From an uncultured Candidatus Saccharibacteria bacterium (GTDB taxonomy: Bacteria; Patescibacteriota; Minisyncoccia; UBA6257; Colwellbacteraceae), in NCBI GenBank assembly GCA_964609135.1, contig CAZSQQ010000001.1:1-44665 (forward strand): 44,665 nt of DNA, written 5' to 3'. The position numbers and the translations under genes were made by a program. This document shows positions 1-9,044 of the stretch, piece by piece (positions within the stretch are counted from its first letter, which is position 1; the number at the start of each line of letters is the position of its first letter). A model generated the notes under the pieces. That model had not been told where the DNA came from, made no database searches, and saw only the letters and a program-made list of their open reading frames with translations.

Positions 1-735
1 GAGATAGAAAAAGTAAGGCAATCTGGCAAGATTGCCGCTCGCGTTTTAAGGAGACTTAAAGACGCGGCCCGGCCCGGCATTTCGACATTTAGTTTAGATA
101 AATTGGCGAGAGAACTCATTGCCGAAGGGGGAGGGAAACCAGCTTTCCCGGGTTATCGGCCTCAAGGCGCGAGACGTCCGTATAGGTTTGCCATTTGTGC
201 TTCTCTAAACGAGGGCGTCGTTCACGGTTTGCCTTCACCCTATAGATTGAAGTCCGGAGACGTTCTAAAAATTGATTTGGGAGTTGATTTTCAAGGCGGG
301 ATAAGCGATACGGCGGTTACGATTCCCATGGGGAGTGTTCCCAAAAATGTTTTGAATCTCATTAAGGCAACCGAAAGTGCCTTAAGAGAAGGAATTAGAG
401 TTGTGAAGCGCGACAAGAGAGTAGGAGATATCGGCTTTGCGATTGAGAGGACTGTTACTGCCGGCGGCTTCAAAGTCATTAAAGGCCTCACCGGTCATGG
501 GGTGGGTCTGGAGCTCCACGAGGAGCCTACCATTTATAATTACGGTAAGCCGGGCAGTGGCATGGTTTTGAAAGAAGGAATGATTTTAGCGATTGAACCT
601 ATTACCAGCGTCTCTACCGGCGATATTATTCAGCTTAAAGACGACAGCTTTGTCACCTCTGACAAAAGTATCTCGGCCCACTTCGAGCACACGGTTCTCA
701 TAACCAAGAAGGGAGCAGAAGTTCTGACTGCTTGA
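1..735 (+). CDS. map: Methionine aminopeptidase type I (5'-truncated by window edge)
   Basis: Frame is open from base 1 (EIEKVRQSGKIAARVL...). Motifs S-x-N-EGVVHGLP, DLG...D-TA, GHGVG..LHEEP, AIEP and SAHFEHTV. Confidence 0.97.
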   Translation, partial: EIEKVRQSGKIAARVLRRLKDAARPGISTFSLDKLARELIAEGGGKPAFPGYRPQGARRPYRFAICASLNEGVVHGLPSPYRLKSGDVLKIDLGVDFQGGISDTAVTIPMGSVPKNVLNLIKATESALREGIRVVKRDKRVGDIGFAIERTVTAGGFKVIKGLTGHGVGLELHEEPTIYNYGKPGSGMVLKEGMILAIEPITSVSTGDIIQLKDDSFVTSDKSISAHFEHTVLITKKGAEVLTA

Positions 736-760
736 CACTAAAACCCATATATTATATACT
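732..760 (+). promoter_or_regulatory. sigma70-type promoter for accessory cassette 1
   Basis: TTGACA (732-737), 17-nt spacer, TATACT (755-760); the -35 overlaps the map stop codon. Confidence 0.75.
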
Positions 761-774
761 GTCTATGTATAATA

Positions 775-784
775 GTTCTTTAAC
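775..784 (+). promoter_or_regulatory. boxA-like element GTTCTTTAAC
   Basis: Close to the rrn boxA consensus (TGCTCTTTAACA), 14 nt after the -10; identical copy at 21938-21947. Confidence 0.55.
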
Positions 785-808
785 GTTGGTTCAGATGATG
801 AGGCGAGC

Positions 809-832
809 CCGCCTTCGCTAAAGCTTCGGCGG
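809..832. repeat. REP-like palindrome CCGCCTTCGCTAAAGCTTCGGCGG
   Basis: Its reverse complement matches 36082-36105 at 23/24 nt. It sits in the loop of a long hairpin (797-866). Confidence 0.75.
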
Positions 833-928
833 AAAAGCGTTTTGGCGGTGGAGGGCTCGTCTCATCGGGAGATGGGTAAATAATGGCGGGCCTTCGGGCA
901 AGCCAAAAACAAAAGGAGGGTGACCCGT

Positions 929-1804
929 ATGTCCGGGGAACCCAGGCTTCAAAACATCGAGTTTGGAGATCTTAACTCCACTCTCGAGCATCTCTCACAG
1001 CGCGGCATTACCCAGGAGCACTTCAGCCGAATCAGAAAGGATCGCGGCTTCGCGCGTCGCGTGACGAAGGCGATCCGCGATGATTCCCCGAAGAAGGGAC
1101 CGATCTCCCTTGCGGAAGCTCGTGAGCTTATGGGAGAGGCGAACATCTTCGGTCCCAAGGATTGGGAGAAGTACTTCGGTGTGAAATTCACCGAGGAAGA
1201 GCTTGCTGAACTCGGCAAGTTCCCTTGGGGAGAGGACGTCCTCGACCAGCCGTTCATCGCGCCTAAGACCGTCGCCGAAACGCATCAGGCGTTCGTGGGA
1301 CTTTCGGTTCTCGGCGGTAGGAAGCTCACCATCGCGGAGTGGTCCGCGCTGAAGCCCATCAAGACGCTCCGTTTCAGCTATAGCGATGAGGAACGCGCGA
1401 TAGCCTTAGGAAACGGCGACATGACTAAGGGAGGTCCGTTCGCTACCACTGCGGCGTGTCGTTTCGGCTGGTACCTGGTCGCTCGTGAACCGTTTCCCAA
1501 CGTTCCCGGACACCCCAAGTGGCTGGCCATCAATAGCCAGTTGAGGCAGCGAGGGTACCAAGCTCTCCGTGCTGTCGAAGAGACGACGCGCGTCATCCTC
1601 TTCGGGCTGAAGAACGGGTTGCCATACCCGGGGGGAGCTGATTCCGTGGACATCGTTTTCCCCGACAAGACACCACAAGGCAAGTGGGTCGTCATGGAGA
1701 TGCTGGGTTGGGCGAGTAGCCCCCCAACGTACGAGCTCATTTTCTACAACCGGGAGTGGATGGGCAGTACAGACGACCGCATTAGCATCTCTCGCGAGAT
1801 CTGA
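929..1804 (+). CDS. Hypothetical protein, GC-rich accessory cassette 1
   Basis: Long ORF with GC3-rich codons; SD AAGGAGG at 913-919 favours ATG 929 over GTG 920. No family recognised with confidence. Confidence 0.8.
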   Translation: MSGEPRLQNIEFGDLNSTLEHLSQRGITQEHFSRIRKDRGFARRVTKAIRDDSPKKGPISLAEARELMGEANIFGPKDWEKYFGVKFTEEELAELGKFPWGEDVLDQPFIAPKTVAETHQAFVGLSVLGGRKLTIAEWSALKPIKTLRFSYSDEERAIALGNGDMTKGGPFATTAACRFGWYLVAREPFPNVPGHPKWLAINSQLRQRGYQALRAVEETTRVILFGLKNGLPYPGGADSVDIVFPDKTPQGKWVVMEMLGWASSPPTYELIFYNREWMGSTDDRISISREI

Positions 1805-1826
1805 ACTCGTTCACGCGTCCCTCACG

Positions 1827-1870
1827 CCTTTGGCGGGAACATCTCCCGCCAGAGGTGGTGGGGGATTTTA
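1827..1870 (+). terminator. Intrinsic terminator / convergent hairpin
   Basis: TGGCGGGA-ACATC-TCCCGCCA stem (1831-1851) with extension, followed by a T-rich tract. Confidence 0.7.
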
Positions 1871-3178
1871 TATTTCTCTTTTAAACAACCCTGAAGGGTT
1901 GCTGAAGTAAACCTGATTGGTTAATTTGTCATAAACGTACTTTTTGACTTCAAGCCCAATGGGATAAATGTTTTGGGGTTTCTCTTCATCAATTTCGGCA
2001 AAAAACAAGGTTCCATTATCTTCAAGGAAAAGGTGGGCATCATCCCGGTACCAAGCTAAGTTTTTGAAATTAGCGTTAGGGACCGGGTCCATCTCAACAA
2101 GTCTGTCTGCATCCAATCTATAAATTCCAATCTTGCCGCCGACATCCAAGAAACTCAAGAATTTTGAATTGTAAGAAAAAGAAAAGTCTCTGGCATTGCC
2201 CAATTTTTTCGACTGCATCCGCTTTTTATCAAAGAAAGTCAGAGTGTCATTGTCTTCCAGGATGCCCAGCGCATCTTGCGACGGCGAGACTTCGAATTTG
2301 ATTATTGGTGAAGTTATGGGAAGCGTGATTAAAGTATCCTCCCTGTTCCTTAGGGGCAGATTGTAGCGAAAGAGGTAGTTCTTGTTATCTATCCAGAAGA
2401 GGTCGGACTTGGCCAAGGCAAAGTCTTTGACGCCTGTCGCAATTTGCTCGAGCGTCAGCCTTTCAATATCCAAACTGTAGAGAGTTGACTCCGTTTTTAC
2501 GATGAATTTTCTATCGTTATATTCTAAGGGCTCGATTTTTGAGATGTTGACCACCCCCGGAAGCTCCAGTTTTGACTCTTTTAAATTGTTGAATGTTAAG
2601 CTTAGATTCAAAGAGGAATTCAGATCGGAAAGGCTGGAGAAGTAATAATTGCCGGTCTTCACGCTTCTCGTTATGACCGATCCGCTATTCTGCAGTTTCA
2701 CCACTTCGGTTCCCAAGATCTTTTTGTCGTTGTAGGACAAGCCGCCATCATTATTTAAAACCAAATGATTGTTCTTGACATAAAAGTCCGGTGTGGATTC
2801 TCCTATCCTCTCCGGGGCTTTTAGGGGAACGAGAACGATTTTATTGAAAACTGATACTGTTTGAGGCAAGACGTCGGTCTCTTTTTGCCAGTCAAGATAG
2901 CCATTTTTGGAGACAATTATCCTATAGCGATCCGGGGACAAGTTATTTATGAAAACACCTGTTTGCAGAAGCCCGGTTCCCTTTTTTACGATCGAGCCGT
3001 TCAACTTTACCTGCACGTCAGTTGGATCGGATTCAATGTAGATCCCGCCGGTTCGAACGAAGCTCAAGGTCTTCCACTCGACTCTTACGCCGGCCGAATA
3101 TAAGATAAGAGTCGCCCCCACGATAAGGAATGAAACCGAGAGGGTGAGAAAGAGAAATCTTCTGGTTTTAAGAGTCAT
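1868..3178 (-). CDS. Membrane-anchored PEGA-domain protein with probable beta-propeller C-terminus
   Basis: N-terminal TM helix; PEGA-like segment IYIESDPTDVQVKLNG...L.P..Y.I.VSK.GY..W; repetitive beta-strand C-terminus. Confidence 0.8.
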   Translation of the reverse strand: MTLKTRRFLFLTLSVSFLIVGATLILYSAGVRVEWKTLSFVRTGGIYIESDPTDVQVKLNGSIVKKGTGLLQTGVFINNLSPDRYRIIVSKNGYLDWQKETDVLPQTVSVFNKIVLVPLKAPERIGESTPDFYVKNNHLVLNNDGGLSYNDKKILGTEVVKLQNSGSVITRSVKTGNYYFSSLSDLNSSLNLSLTFNNLKESKLELPGVVNISKIEPLEYNDRKFIVKTESTLYSLDIERLTLEQIATGVKDFALAKSDLFWIDNKNYLFRYNLPLRNREDTLITLPITSPIIKFEVSPSQDALGILEDNDTLTFFDKKRMQSKKLGNARDFSFSYNSKFLSFLDVGGKIGIYRLDADRLVEMDPVPNANFKNLAWYRDDAHLFLEDNGTLFFAEIDEEKPQNIYPIGLEVKKYVYDKLTNQVYFSNPSGLFKREI

Positions 3179-3199
3179 TGTTATCTATAATATAACCGG

Positions 3200-4471
3200 A
3201 TGAAATTTATTGTAAGCGGCGGCAGGAGACTCGATGGCGAGATTCAGGTTTTGGGATCAAAAAACTCGGCCTTGCCAATTTTAGCGGCAACTCTCCTCAC
3301 CGCCAAGCCCTGCATCTTGAAAAACATACCTCTCATCGAGGATGTTTTTACAATGCTGGATATTTTGAGGAGTATCGGCTCGGAAATTGTTTGGCTTGAA
3401 GAAAGAACTTTGAGGATCGTAAATTCGGACATTGATCCGAAGAAAATCGACAATTCATCGGTAGAGAAAATTAGGGCCTCGATCTTGGTGGTCGGTCCGC
3501 TTCTTGCGAGATTCGGATACGTGAAAATCGCCACTCCCGGAGGATGTCTTATTGGGGTTCGGCCCATTGATGCTCATCTCGACGCCTTAAAAGACCTTGG
3601 GGCCTACGTTTCCTATGATGAAAAAACGGATATTTACGAGATAAAAGCGCCTCCCAGAAAAAATTGGGGCAAAAAAGTCACTCTTAAGGAGCTTAGTGTT
3701 ACCGGCACCGAGAATCTGATGATGTTGGGAGCCATGTTGCCTGGTCTTCAAATTGAGCTCGCTGCCGCCGAGCCGCACGTCGAAGATTTAGGCAAATTTT
3801 TGAAACTCCTGGGAGTGAAAATTTCAGGGCTGCGGGGATACGAAATTTTTATGAAAGGGCTTAAATCTAATAGAGGAAAGGAGATTACTTTCACAATTAT
3901 GAATGATCCGATTGAGGCCGGCACTTTCATGGTCTTGGGAGCCGCGAGCCGGAGCAGGTTAAAGGTGAAAGGCGCGCCGCTCTCAAGCCTTCTTCTGCCG
4001 CTCCAGAAATTGAAAGAATTCGGCGTACATTTTGAGCCAATCGGGAACGATCTCGTAGTCCACGGAGGCAAATCTAATCTGAAGGGAACAAGAATCCAAA
4101 CTCAACCGTATCCCGGATTCCCAACCGACCTCCAAGCGCCATTCGCGGTCTTGGCTACACAGGCTAAGGGGGACACTCTTATTTTTGACACTCTCTACGA
4201 AGGCAGGCTAAAATACATCGGTGAGCTTGAGAAAATGGGGGCCAAGGCCAAGATTTTAGACACCCATCGGGCACTCATAACTGGACCAAGGAAGTTGAGA
4301 GGCAAAAGCGTTCAAAGCCTTGACTTGCGAGCGGGAGCAACTCTTGTCATAGCCGCCCTTATTGCCGAGGGAGAAAGCGTCTTGAACGGAATTGAACAGA
4401 TTGACCGGGGTTACGAGAAATTGGAAGAGCGCTTGAATAAATTGGGAGCGAACATCAAAAGAACAAAATAA
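3200..4471 (+). CDS. murA: UDP-N-acetylglucosamine 1-carboxyvinyltransferase
   Basis: GSKNSALPILAA, RASIL..GPLLAR, PGGC.IG.RP (active-site Cys), PGFPTDLQ and DLRAGA motifs. Confidence 0.98.
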   Translation: MKFIVSGGRRLDGEIQVLGSKNSALPILAATLLTAKPCILKNIPLIEDVFTMLDILRSIGSEIVWLEERTLRIVNSDIDPKKIDNSSVEKIRASILVVGPLLARFGYVKIATPGGCLIGVRPIDAHLDALKDLGAYVSYDEKTDIYEIKAPPRKNWGKKVTLKELSVTGTENLMMLGAMLPGLQIELAAAEPHVEDLGKFLKLLGVKISGLRGYEIFMKGLKSNRGKEITFTIMNDPIEAGTFMVLGAASRSRLKVKGAPLSSLLLPLQKLKEFGVHFEPIGNDLVVHGGKSNLKGTRIQTQPYPGFPTDLQAPFAVLATQAKGDTLIFDTLYEGRLKYIGELEKMGAKAKILDTHRALITGPRKLRGKSVQSLDLRAGATLVIAALIAEGESVLNGIEQIDRGYEKLEERLNKLGANIKRTK

Positions 4472-5485
4472 ATGCTTACTAAGAGAATCGGTATCGATCT
4501 GGGAACGACCAATACCGTTGTTTTCATTCCCGGCAAGGGCTTCGTCATTAACGAACCCACCATCGTGGCTTTGAGCTTGCCTGAAAATTCGGTTCTGGCC
4601 GTGGGCAAGGAAGCCAAGGAAATGATTGGCCGAACCCCGGGCAATATAGTAGCCTACAGGCCGTTAAAAGATGGTGTCGTCGCTGATTACTATATAACGA
4701 GAGCCATGCTCCGCTATTTCATTGGCCGGGCGGTGGGTAAATGGAATTTGGTAAAGCCCGATGTGGTTATTTCAGTTCCGGCGGGAATAATGCCTACCGA
4801 GCGAAGGGCGGTGGTGAACGCCGCTTTAGAGGCGGGCGCGAAGAACGCCTACGTCGTTCGCGAACCCTTGCTCGCCGCCTTAGGCGCCGGCATCGCCATC
4901 AATTCTTCTTCCGGAAACATGATCATCAACATCGGAGGAGGAACATCGGAGGTGGCTGTGATTTCTTTGGGGGGGATCGTTTGCTGGTCCTCCTTGCGCA
5001 CTGCCGGGAATCGATTTGACGAGGCCATAATGAATTACATTAGAAAGAAATATTCTCTTATTATCGGCGAGCAAACTGCCGAAGCCATTAAGATAGGCGC
5101 CGGCTCGGCATTGCCTTTAAAGACCAAACTCGAGTTCCAGTTCAGAGGCAGAGATGTGATTAGCGGACTTCCGAAAGACGCCATCATCACCTCGAACGAG
5201 ATTGCCGAAGCTTTAAATCCTTATTTAATGGATATCGGCGCCTCGGTCCAGGGAGTTTTTAACGAAACTCCGCCGGAGTTGGTTGCTGACGTCATGGAAA
5301 AGGGGATAATCTTGTCCGGCGGAAGCGCCGGCTTAAGAAATATTGATGAATTCTTGAGAAGACTTCTGGGGGTTCAAACTTACGCGGCGGAAGATGCCAT
5401 TTTATGCGTCGCTAAGGGATCGGGTATTATTCTTGAACATCTCGATATTTATAAGAGGACTCTTCTCAATAAAAAGCAGATATGA
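4472..5485 (+). CDS. mreB: Rod shape-determining actin MreB/Mbl paralog 1
   Basis: IGIDLGTTNT, RPLKDGV, GGGTSEVAVISLGG and LSGG motifs. Confidence 0.95.
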   Translation: MLTKRIGIDLGTTNTVVFIPGKGFVINEPTIVALSLPENSVLAVGKEAKEMIGRTPGNIVAYRPLKDGVVADYYITRAMLRYFIGRAVGKWNLVKPDVVISVPAGIMPTERRAVVNAALEAGAKNAYVVREPLLAALGAGIAINSSSGNMIINIGGGTSEVAVISLGGIVCWSSLRTAGNRFDEAIMNYIRKKYSLIIGEQTAEAIKIGAGSALPLKTKLEFQFRGRDVISGLPKDAIITSNEIAEALNPYLMDIGASVQGVFNETPPELVADVMEKGIILSGGSAGLRNIDEFLRRLLGVQTYAAEDAILCVAKGSGIILEHLDIYKRTLLNKKQI

Positions 5486-6309
5486 TTTTGGGTCACGACG
5501 ATTTAATAAGAATTTTCAAGCGCTTGGTAAAGGAGAACAGTTTGTCTCACAGTTATATATTTTTCGGGGAGCCGCAGGTCGGTAAATTCACTTTTGCGAG
5601 AAGCCTGGCCAATTTCCTTGAAACTGGGGAGTTCTCTCCGCCGACGCGGTATTTAAATGAAGCTTTGGATATTCAACCCGACCTGGGTGGCAACATAGGA
5701 ATCGATACCGTGAGAGAAATGAAATATTTCCTGTCTCAAAAACCGGTCCATTCCGTGAGAAGAATTGTTCTCATTAACGGCGCCGAGACCTTGACTCCTC
5801 AAGCCGAGAGCGCCATATTGAAAATTTCCGAGGAACCGCCGGAGAGCGCTCTCATACTTCTCGTTGTTTCCAACCCCGAAGTGCTCTTGCCGACACTTCA
5901 GTCGCGTTTTATTAAGATCTATTTCAAGCGAGTTCCGAAAGAGGCGGTGGAAAAATTTGTGATGAGGAGGTTCGCGCTTACTTCGGTTCAGGCGAGGCGA
6001 GTCGCCCTTAGTTCCTTTGGCCGTCCGGGAAGAGCGGTTGAAATCGTCCAAAATAAGAAGTTGAAAGAAATAAGGGCTGAAGTTTTAAGACTCATGAAAA
6101 GCCGAGCCCTGCGTTCAACGTTTATTCGCGACAACTATAACGACAGAGAAAAGATAAACGCCTTTATGTCGGAGCTCATTTCGGAGTTATCGGGAGATTT
6201 GGAATCAAACTGGCAAACTTTGAAGCTAATTTACCAAAGACTGACAGTGATGTCCCAATTTAACACTAACCGTCGCCTCCAACTGGAGGCAGCGCTATGG
6301 AATATCTGA
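5482..6309 (+). CDS. holB: DNA polymerase III delta-prime-like clamp-loader subunit (short form)
   Basis: SHSYIFFG...GK, IGIDTVRE, LK..EEPP and LLPTLQSR motifs. Confidence 0.85.
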   Translation: MILGHDDLIRIFKRLVKENSLSHSYIFFGEPQVGKFTFARSLANFLETGEFSPPTRYLNEALDIQPDLGGNIGIDTVREMKYFLSQKPVHSVRRIVLINGAETLTPQAESAILKISEEPPESALILLVVSNPEVLLPTLQSRFIKIYFKRVPKEAVEKFVMRRFALTSVQARRVALSSFGRPGRAVEIVQNKKLKEIRAEVLRLMKSRALRSTFIRDNYNDREKINAFMSELISELSGDLESNWQTLKLIYQRLTVMSQFNTNRRLQLEAALWNI

Positions 6310-6830
6310 AGGAACTGGAAACTAAGTTTGGAGGCCTTTTGGATTCCTTGAGAGAAGAGTTTTCGTCTCTAAGAACCAATCGGCCGACGCCGAAACTTGT
6401 CGAAAATATTAAAGTTGATTACCTGGGAAGCGAGCTTACGATTAAGCAGCTGGGGACGACCGGCATCGAGCCTCCCAGGGACATTTTGATCACTGTCTGG
6501 GACAAGAACGCCGTTTCTCCCATCGTCAAAGCCATCGAGGCTGCCAATATCGGTTTAAGTCTTTCCAATGAAGGTGAGGTTATCCGAGCCAAGCTGCCGG
6601 AATTAACCGAAGAGAGGAGAGCCGAGCTTTTGAAGACGGTTAGAGCTTCGGCCGAAAAAACGAGAATCAAAATGAGAACTTTGAGGGATGAAGTCAATCG
6701 CCTGGCCGGTGGGGAGCCGGATAAGGACCAGAAATTCCGGGCTAAAGAAGAGCTTCAAAAGATAGTTGATTCTTTCAACAGCGAAGTTGATTCCTTGGTC
6801 GAATCGAAAACCAGAGAAATCGAAGAATAA
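6297..6830 (+). CDS. frr: Ribosome recycling factor
   Basis: LRTNRPTP.LVE.I.VDY.G, PELTEERR.EL.K and ELQK motifs. Confidence 0.95.
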   Translation: MEYLKELETKFGGLLDSLREEFSSLRTNRPTPKLVENIKVDYLGSELTIKQLGTTGIEPPRDILITVWDKNAVSPIVKAIEAANIGLSLSNEGEVIRAKLPELTEERRAELLKTVRASAEKTRIKMRTLRDEVNRLAGGEPDKDQKFRAKEELQKIVDSFNSEVDSLVESKTREIEE

Positions 6831-7804
6831 TGGTTTCCGCCGTAATTATCGCGCTTGTTTTCTTTACTATTCTCATTCTCGGCCACGAGTTCGGGCATTA
6901 TTTCTCCGCCAAGCTCTTCGGCCTCAAAGTGGAGGAATTCGCTTTTGGATTCCCGCCGAGGATTTTCTCTCGCACTTGGAGAGGAACAAAATACAGTTTT
7001 AACCTGATTCCCTTCGGAGGATACGTGAAGATTTATGGAGAGGACAGCCGTGAACCAGTGGTTATAGCCTCGGGCGTTATAATGAATCTGCTTATCGGCT
7101 ACGCGGCCTTTGTCCTGGTTTTTATGATAGGCATTCCCGCCTCGACCTTTGTGAGCGGTGTTTTGCCCGGAAGTCCGGCCGAGATGGCGGGTTTCAAACC
7201 CGGCGACGAGCTTACCGATTTCAAAAAACCGAAAGATTTTGTTGATTTCATAAACAGGCATGAAGGAGAAGCCATTGCCGTTAATGTTTTAAGGGGAGAG
7301 AAAAAACTGATTTTTGAAACGATCCCCAGAGTAAATCCGCCATCTGGCGAAGGCCGTCTTGGAGTCTCGATTACCGAAGGCGGCATTCCGAAGCAGAATT
7401 TTCCCGAAGCTCTAATTGAGGCGGGCTTTGCAACCCTTGAAGCTACCAAGCTCATATTTAATGGCTTTATTTCGCTCTTCGGGGGACTATTGGGGGCTGA
7501 TTTAGGGGTGCTCGACAATGTTACCGGTCCAGTCGGCATTTTTGGAGTCTTGGGAACGGCCAGCCGTCTGGGAATTCAGTATCTCCTGCAACTCCTGGCT
7601 TTAATTTCCTTGAACCTGGCGGTTCTAAATCTCTTGCCTTTCCCGGCCTTGGACGGCGGCCGGCTCACCTTTCTCGCCATCGAAAAAATAACGGGACGAA
7701 GAGTACATTATAAATTTGAAGCCATCGCTCACACCATAGGCTTCGCCTTTCTATTTCTTTTAATGACAATTGTAACCCTCCACGATATAATTAAGATACT
7801 TTAA
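6830..7804 (+). CDS. rseP: Site-2 (M50) intramembrane metalloprotease with PDZ domain
   Basis: HEFGH, GFPPR, SPAEMAG (PDZ) and NLLPFPALDGG motifs. Confidence 0.93.
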   Translation: MVSAVIIALVFFTILILGHEFGHYFSAKLFGLKVEEFAFGFPPRIFSRTWRGTKYSFNLIPFGGYVKIYGEDSREPVVIASGVIMNLLIGYAAFVLVFMIGIPASTFVSGVLPGSPAEMAGFKPGDELTDFKKPKDFVDFINRHEGEAIAVNVLRGEKKLIFETIPRVNPPSGEGRLGVSITEGGIPKQNFPEALIEAGFATLEATKLIFNGFISLFGGLLGADLGVLDNVTGPVGIFGVLGTASRLGIQYLLQLLALISLNLAVLNLLPFPALDGGRLTFLAIEKITGRRVHYKFEAIAHTIGFAFLFLLMTIVTLHDIIKIL

Positions 7805-7824
7805 TGGTTCGACAAGCTCACCAT
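7804..7824. repeat. REP-like palindrome ATGGTTCGACAAGCTCACCAT
   Basis: Imperfect hairpin between rseP and proS; near reverse-complement copy at 22720-22741. Confidence 0.7.
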
Positions 7825-7829
7825 CATAT

Positions 7830-9044
7830 ATGAGACAATCTGACCTATTTTCCAAAACTCTGCGCGAGCCGCCCCGTGACGAAGAGGCGGTAAACGCCAA
7901 ACTTTTAACCAGAGCCGGTTTCGTTGCTAAAGAAATGGCTGGCGTTTATTCTTATTTGCCCTTGGGGCTAAGAGTTATAAATAAAATTGCAAACATTGTA
8001 AGGGAAGAAATGAATGCCATAGGCGGGCAGGAAGTATTTTTGTCGAGCCTACAGCCCAAAGAAAATTGGGAGAAGACCGGAAGATGGCAGACTTTCGACG
8101 CGCTTTTTAAAGTCAGAGATCGTGAAGGCCGTGAGGAAGCGTTGGGCCCCACCCATGACGAGATTGTTACGCCGATTGTGAGGAGTAATGTCGGCTCCTA
8201 TAAGGATTTGCCAGTCTACGTCTATCAGATTCAAACAAAATTTAGGGATGAACCACGTCCCAAATCCGGGCTTCTTCGAGGAAGGGAATTTCTAATGAAA
8301 GATTTATATTCTTTCCACACCGACCAAAAAGATTTAGATAGATACTACGAAGTTGTAAAGAAGGCCTATTTCAATGTTTATAAGCGTCTGGGAATTGGTC
8401 ATTTAACCTATCTCACTTTTGCTTCCGGCGCCACTTTCGCCAAATATTCGGATGAATTTCAGACACTTTCGGAAACCGGCGAAGACACCATTCATCTGTG
8501 TCTCAAGTGTAAGATTGCAGTTAATCATGAGATTTTTGGGGATCAAAAATCTTGTCCCAAGTGCGGCAATCTAAAACTCGAGACCAAACGAGCCATTGAA
8601 GTCGGCAACATTTTCAAGCAGGGGACTCGATTTCCCAAGGCTTTCGGATTAACCTATAAAGATGCCTCGGGCACTGAAAGAGATATCTATATGGGCGCCT
8701 ATGGGATCGGTATCAGTCGCAACATGGGAGCGATTGTCGAAGTAAGTCACGATGAAGATGGCTTGATTTGGCCGGAGAGTGTAGCCCCATTTAGAGTACA
8801 TCTCTTAGAGTTGGAGAAGGGGAAAGGCAATAAGCTCTATCAACAATTAACTAAGATGGGCGGAGATGTGCTCTATGATGATAGAGAGGCAACACCGGGA
8901 GAGAAATTTTCTGACGCTGATTTAATCGGCATTCCCTATCGGGCGGTGGTGAGCGAAAAGACCGGGACCAAAGTCGAATTAAAGAAACGGGGAGATAAAA
9001 AAGTAAAATTGGTAAAAAATGAATTTCTGGCAAAACTTTTATAA
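7830..9044 (+). CDS. proS: Proline--tRNA ligase (short form, no INS editing domain)
   Basis: GVYSYLPLG, LGPTHDE, FRDEPRP..GLLRGREF.MKD, YGIGISR and GEKFSDADLIGIP motifs. Confidence 0.97.
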   Translation: MRQSDLFSKTLREPPRDEEAVNAKLLTRAGFVAKEMAGVYSYLPLGLRVINKIANIVREEMNAIGGQEVFLSSLQPKENWEKTGRWQTFDALFKVRDREGREEALGPTHDEIVTPIVRSNVGSYKDLPVYVYQIQTKFRDEPRPKSGLLRGREFLMKDLYSFHTDQKDLDRYYEVVKKAYFNVYKRLGIGHLTYLTFASGATFAKYSDEFQTLSETGEDTIHLCLKCKIAVNHEIFGDQKSCPKCGNLKLETKRAIEVGNIFKQGTRFPKAFGLTYKDASGTERDIYMGAYGIGISRNMGAIVEVSHDEDGLIWPESVAPFRVHLLELEKGKGNKLYQQLTKMGGDVLYDDREATPGEKFSDADLIGIPYRAVVSEKTGTKVELKKRGDKKVKLVKNEFLAKLL

